Source of the DNA: Mobula hypostoma
Taxonomy: Eukaryota
Assembly: GCF_963921235.1 (NCBI RefSeq)
Contig: NC_086097.1
Coordinates: 125,366,001-125,430,000, forward strand
Direction: 5' to 3'
Length of the DNA: 64,000 bases
Shown here in pieces: positions 61,822-64,000 of the stretch; the first letter of the stretch is position 1, and each line of letters starts with the position of its first letter. The position numbers and the translations under genes were made by a program. The notes beneath the pieces were generated by a model, which made no database searches, was not told where the DNA came from, and worked only from the letters and a program-made list of their open reading frames with translations.

Positions 61822-62549
61822 AGAACTGCTACTCAACTGTCCACGCATTGAGGTGAAACATCAAAGTACACTGCACACAAATTATGTAATGGTGAATACC
61901 AGTCAGCATAGTGGTTTGCCATCATGTAATGAAGACAAAGATGAAGGAAATTGTAATCATGAACCTCTCACGTACCATGGTGAAAGCACCAGTTGGTTAA
62001 CAGAAGTCAATACTCTTAAATTTCACTTCTGAAAAATTGATGGTGGCATTAAAACAAATGTGTTGCTTCTTATATTTCTGGCAGGAGACAAGGATGCTAA
62101 AATGATAGCAAAGGAATTTGGGGAGATTTTATAACAAGGAACTCTGCAGATCATAGTTTTTATGGGCTTGGATGTACTGAGCTCTCATTTTTCACATGAC
62201 TGGCCTGACATCAGGATGGGCAACTATGCAAAGATTCAAGTTACTTCTTGAATAGTCAGAGCATCAATGGTTATGGGGAGCAGGCAGGAGAATGGGGTTG
62301 AGAGGAAAAATAAAATGTAGTGGTTAGCACAACCCATTACAGCACCAGCACAACCCGTTACAGTACCAGCAACCTGGATTCAATTCCCTCACATTTGTCT
62401 GGATGGAGTTCAGCTGCCATTTTTCACCAAACCACTGGATGAGCTTTATTTATCACACGTACATCGAAAGATACAGCGGAATGCACAACAACCTAAAGAT
62501 GTTGTAATGCCCTGCCACAGGTGGTGTAGAGACAAGTACATAAGAAACT

Positions 62550-62835
62550 AGAATGGTGTAGCGATTAGTGTGATGCTATTCCAGCTCGGGGTGTCCGAGT
62601 TTGGAGTTCAGTTCCTGCTGCTGCCTGTAAGGAGTTTGCACATTCTCTCCGTGACTGAGCGGGTTTCCTCCGGGTGCCCCGGTTTTCTCCCACGTTCCAA
62701 AGACGCACCGCTTGGTAGGTTAACTGGTCATTGTAAATTGTCCTGTGATTGGGCTAGGATTAAATCGGGGATTGTGGGCCAGCACGATTCAAAGGGTCAG
62801 AGGGGCCTACTCTGCGCTCTCTCTCAATAAATAAC
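62550..62835 (+). mobile_element. V-SINE
   Basis: GTGTAGCGATTAG head, GAGTTCAGTTCC B-box-like, GGGTTTCCTCCGGGTGCCCCGGTTTTCTCCCAC V-domain, AATAAA tail. Confidence 0.75.
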
Positions 62836-63920
62836 ATAAAATCAGCGATTATGGAATGGTGGGCCAGACATGACGGACCGAATGGCCTAATTCTGCTCCT
62901 CCATGCTATTGGCAAAGTAAAACAGTGAATCAGTGTTCTTCACTGATTGCTGGGGAAACAGTTCAGCAGTGTAAATTCAGAAAGTCACAATAAAGTCAAG
63001 CTACTTGTCTGAAACTCATTTCACACTGACTGTCACTAAACACTTCACTTGGGTTTACAGCTCCAGGTGAGAAAATTAGTTACCACATTTCCTCTCTGAC
63101 TGATGTTACCAGAGGTGTTAACTCACTTCAAATCCACTAACCCCTTTTAAAATGTATTGCACCCATTTTCCATACAAATGCATTATTACAATGTACAGCA
63201 CCTCTTTTCCCAGAAAAGTTACCAGTACATTTTTGTATGTGAAATGTTTTCAGAACCTGCCGTACGTTTAAGAGAATTAATGATTTCTAATTAATCTAAA
63301 GCCACACATCATATTAAACAGTTGGCTACTTAAGATTCAGTTAGCATGGCAACACATTTGTACTACTTTAAAATATATTCTTGCAACATGTATAAATATG
63401 CTCTTGGCTCAGTAGGCAAGAATGCCACTTGGAAAGTTGGATCCAATGCAGTATCTAGGTGTCCTGACCTTAAGCAATAAAACACGCTGAACATAGTATC
63501 TCGCTGTCTAATCTCCCATTGTGTTGCATATCCAGCACCACTTGTTCCTTGCTGACATTTATAATATTTATAAGCTGTTCCATTTTAAACAGTGCAACAG
63601 CCTTTCACACTGAAATATTTAGGTTTTAAATGCCAATCATAACAGTTAGCAGGACACCATTTCCAAACTTTGATTCCATTTTCCATCCAAGTTTGTGGAA
63701 TAAACCTTAGCTTGCAAGTCATCAGGACTTGTAGATGTATCACTTTTCAGTTCCATTAATTTCTCCAATACTAAATTTTCACTAACTTTTTTTTTGGAGT
63801 TCCTCAATCACAGGAGACCTGTAGCCTCCTCTAAAGATCCTGACCTGGACAGACTCCAGCCCGTACAGGCGAGGCAAGATGCATCACCGCTTCCCCATCA
63901 CACACACACACACACACACG

Positions 63921-64000
63921 CACTCAATCAGTGGCCACTTTATTAGGTACAGCTGCTCATTATGCAAGTATCTAATCAGCCAATCATATGGCAGTAACTC
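63921..64000 (+). mobile_element. Start of another Tc1-like non-autonomous element, running off the window
   Basis: CAGTGGCCACTTTATTAGGTACA TIR. Confidence 0.7.

Overview
Eukaryotic (vertebrate) genomic DNA, heavily filled with transposable elements. The repeat landscape (CR1-type LINEs, V-SINEs, Rex1/Babar, Penelope-like elements) suggests a cartilaginous fish such as a ray or shark; this is inference. One host gene is clear: neurocalcin-delta (NCALD) on the minus strand, with three coding exons (48440-48817, 24302-24407, 20262-20359) that splice at GT-AG junctions into an intact 193-aa protein. Most of the remaining sequence is nested mobile DNA. The notable items are: (1) a rearranged fold-back Tc1 element that closely resembles Sleeping Beauty in both transposase and right IR/DR (41455-42866), a horizontal-transfer candidate; (2) a degenerate class III (ERV-S/ERV-L-like) endogenous retrovirus with a tRNA-Ser-like PBS and a gamma-type env (about 57898-61821); (3) a Penelope-like family (GIY-YIG) whose 3' repeat carries a minimal hammerhead ribozyme, scattered in about ten copies; (4) a Chapaev3-like DNA transposon with both termini that contains a young CR1 with an uninterrupted 967-codon ORF2; (5) a solo LTR with a perfect 5-bp TSD; (6) a tRNA/CORE SINE that shares its tail with an RTE-like non-autonomous element. 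Family assignments come from recalled motifs, not database searches, and most repeat boundaries are approximate.
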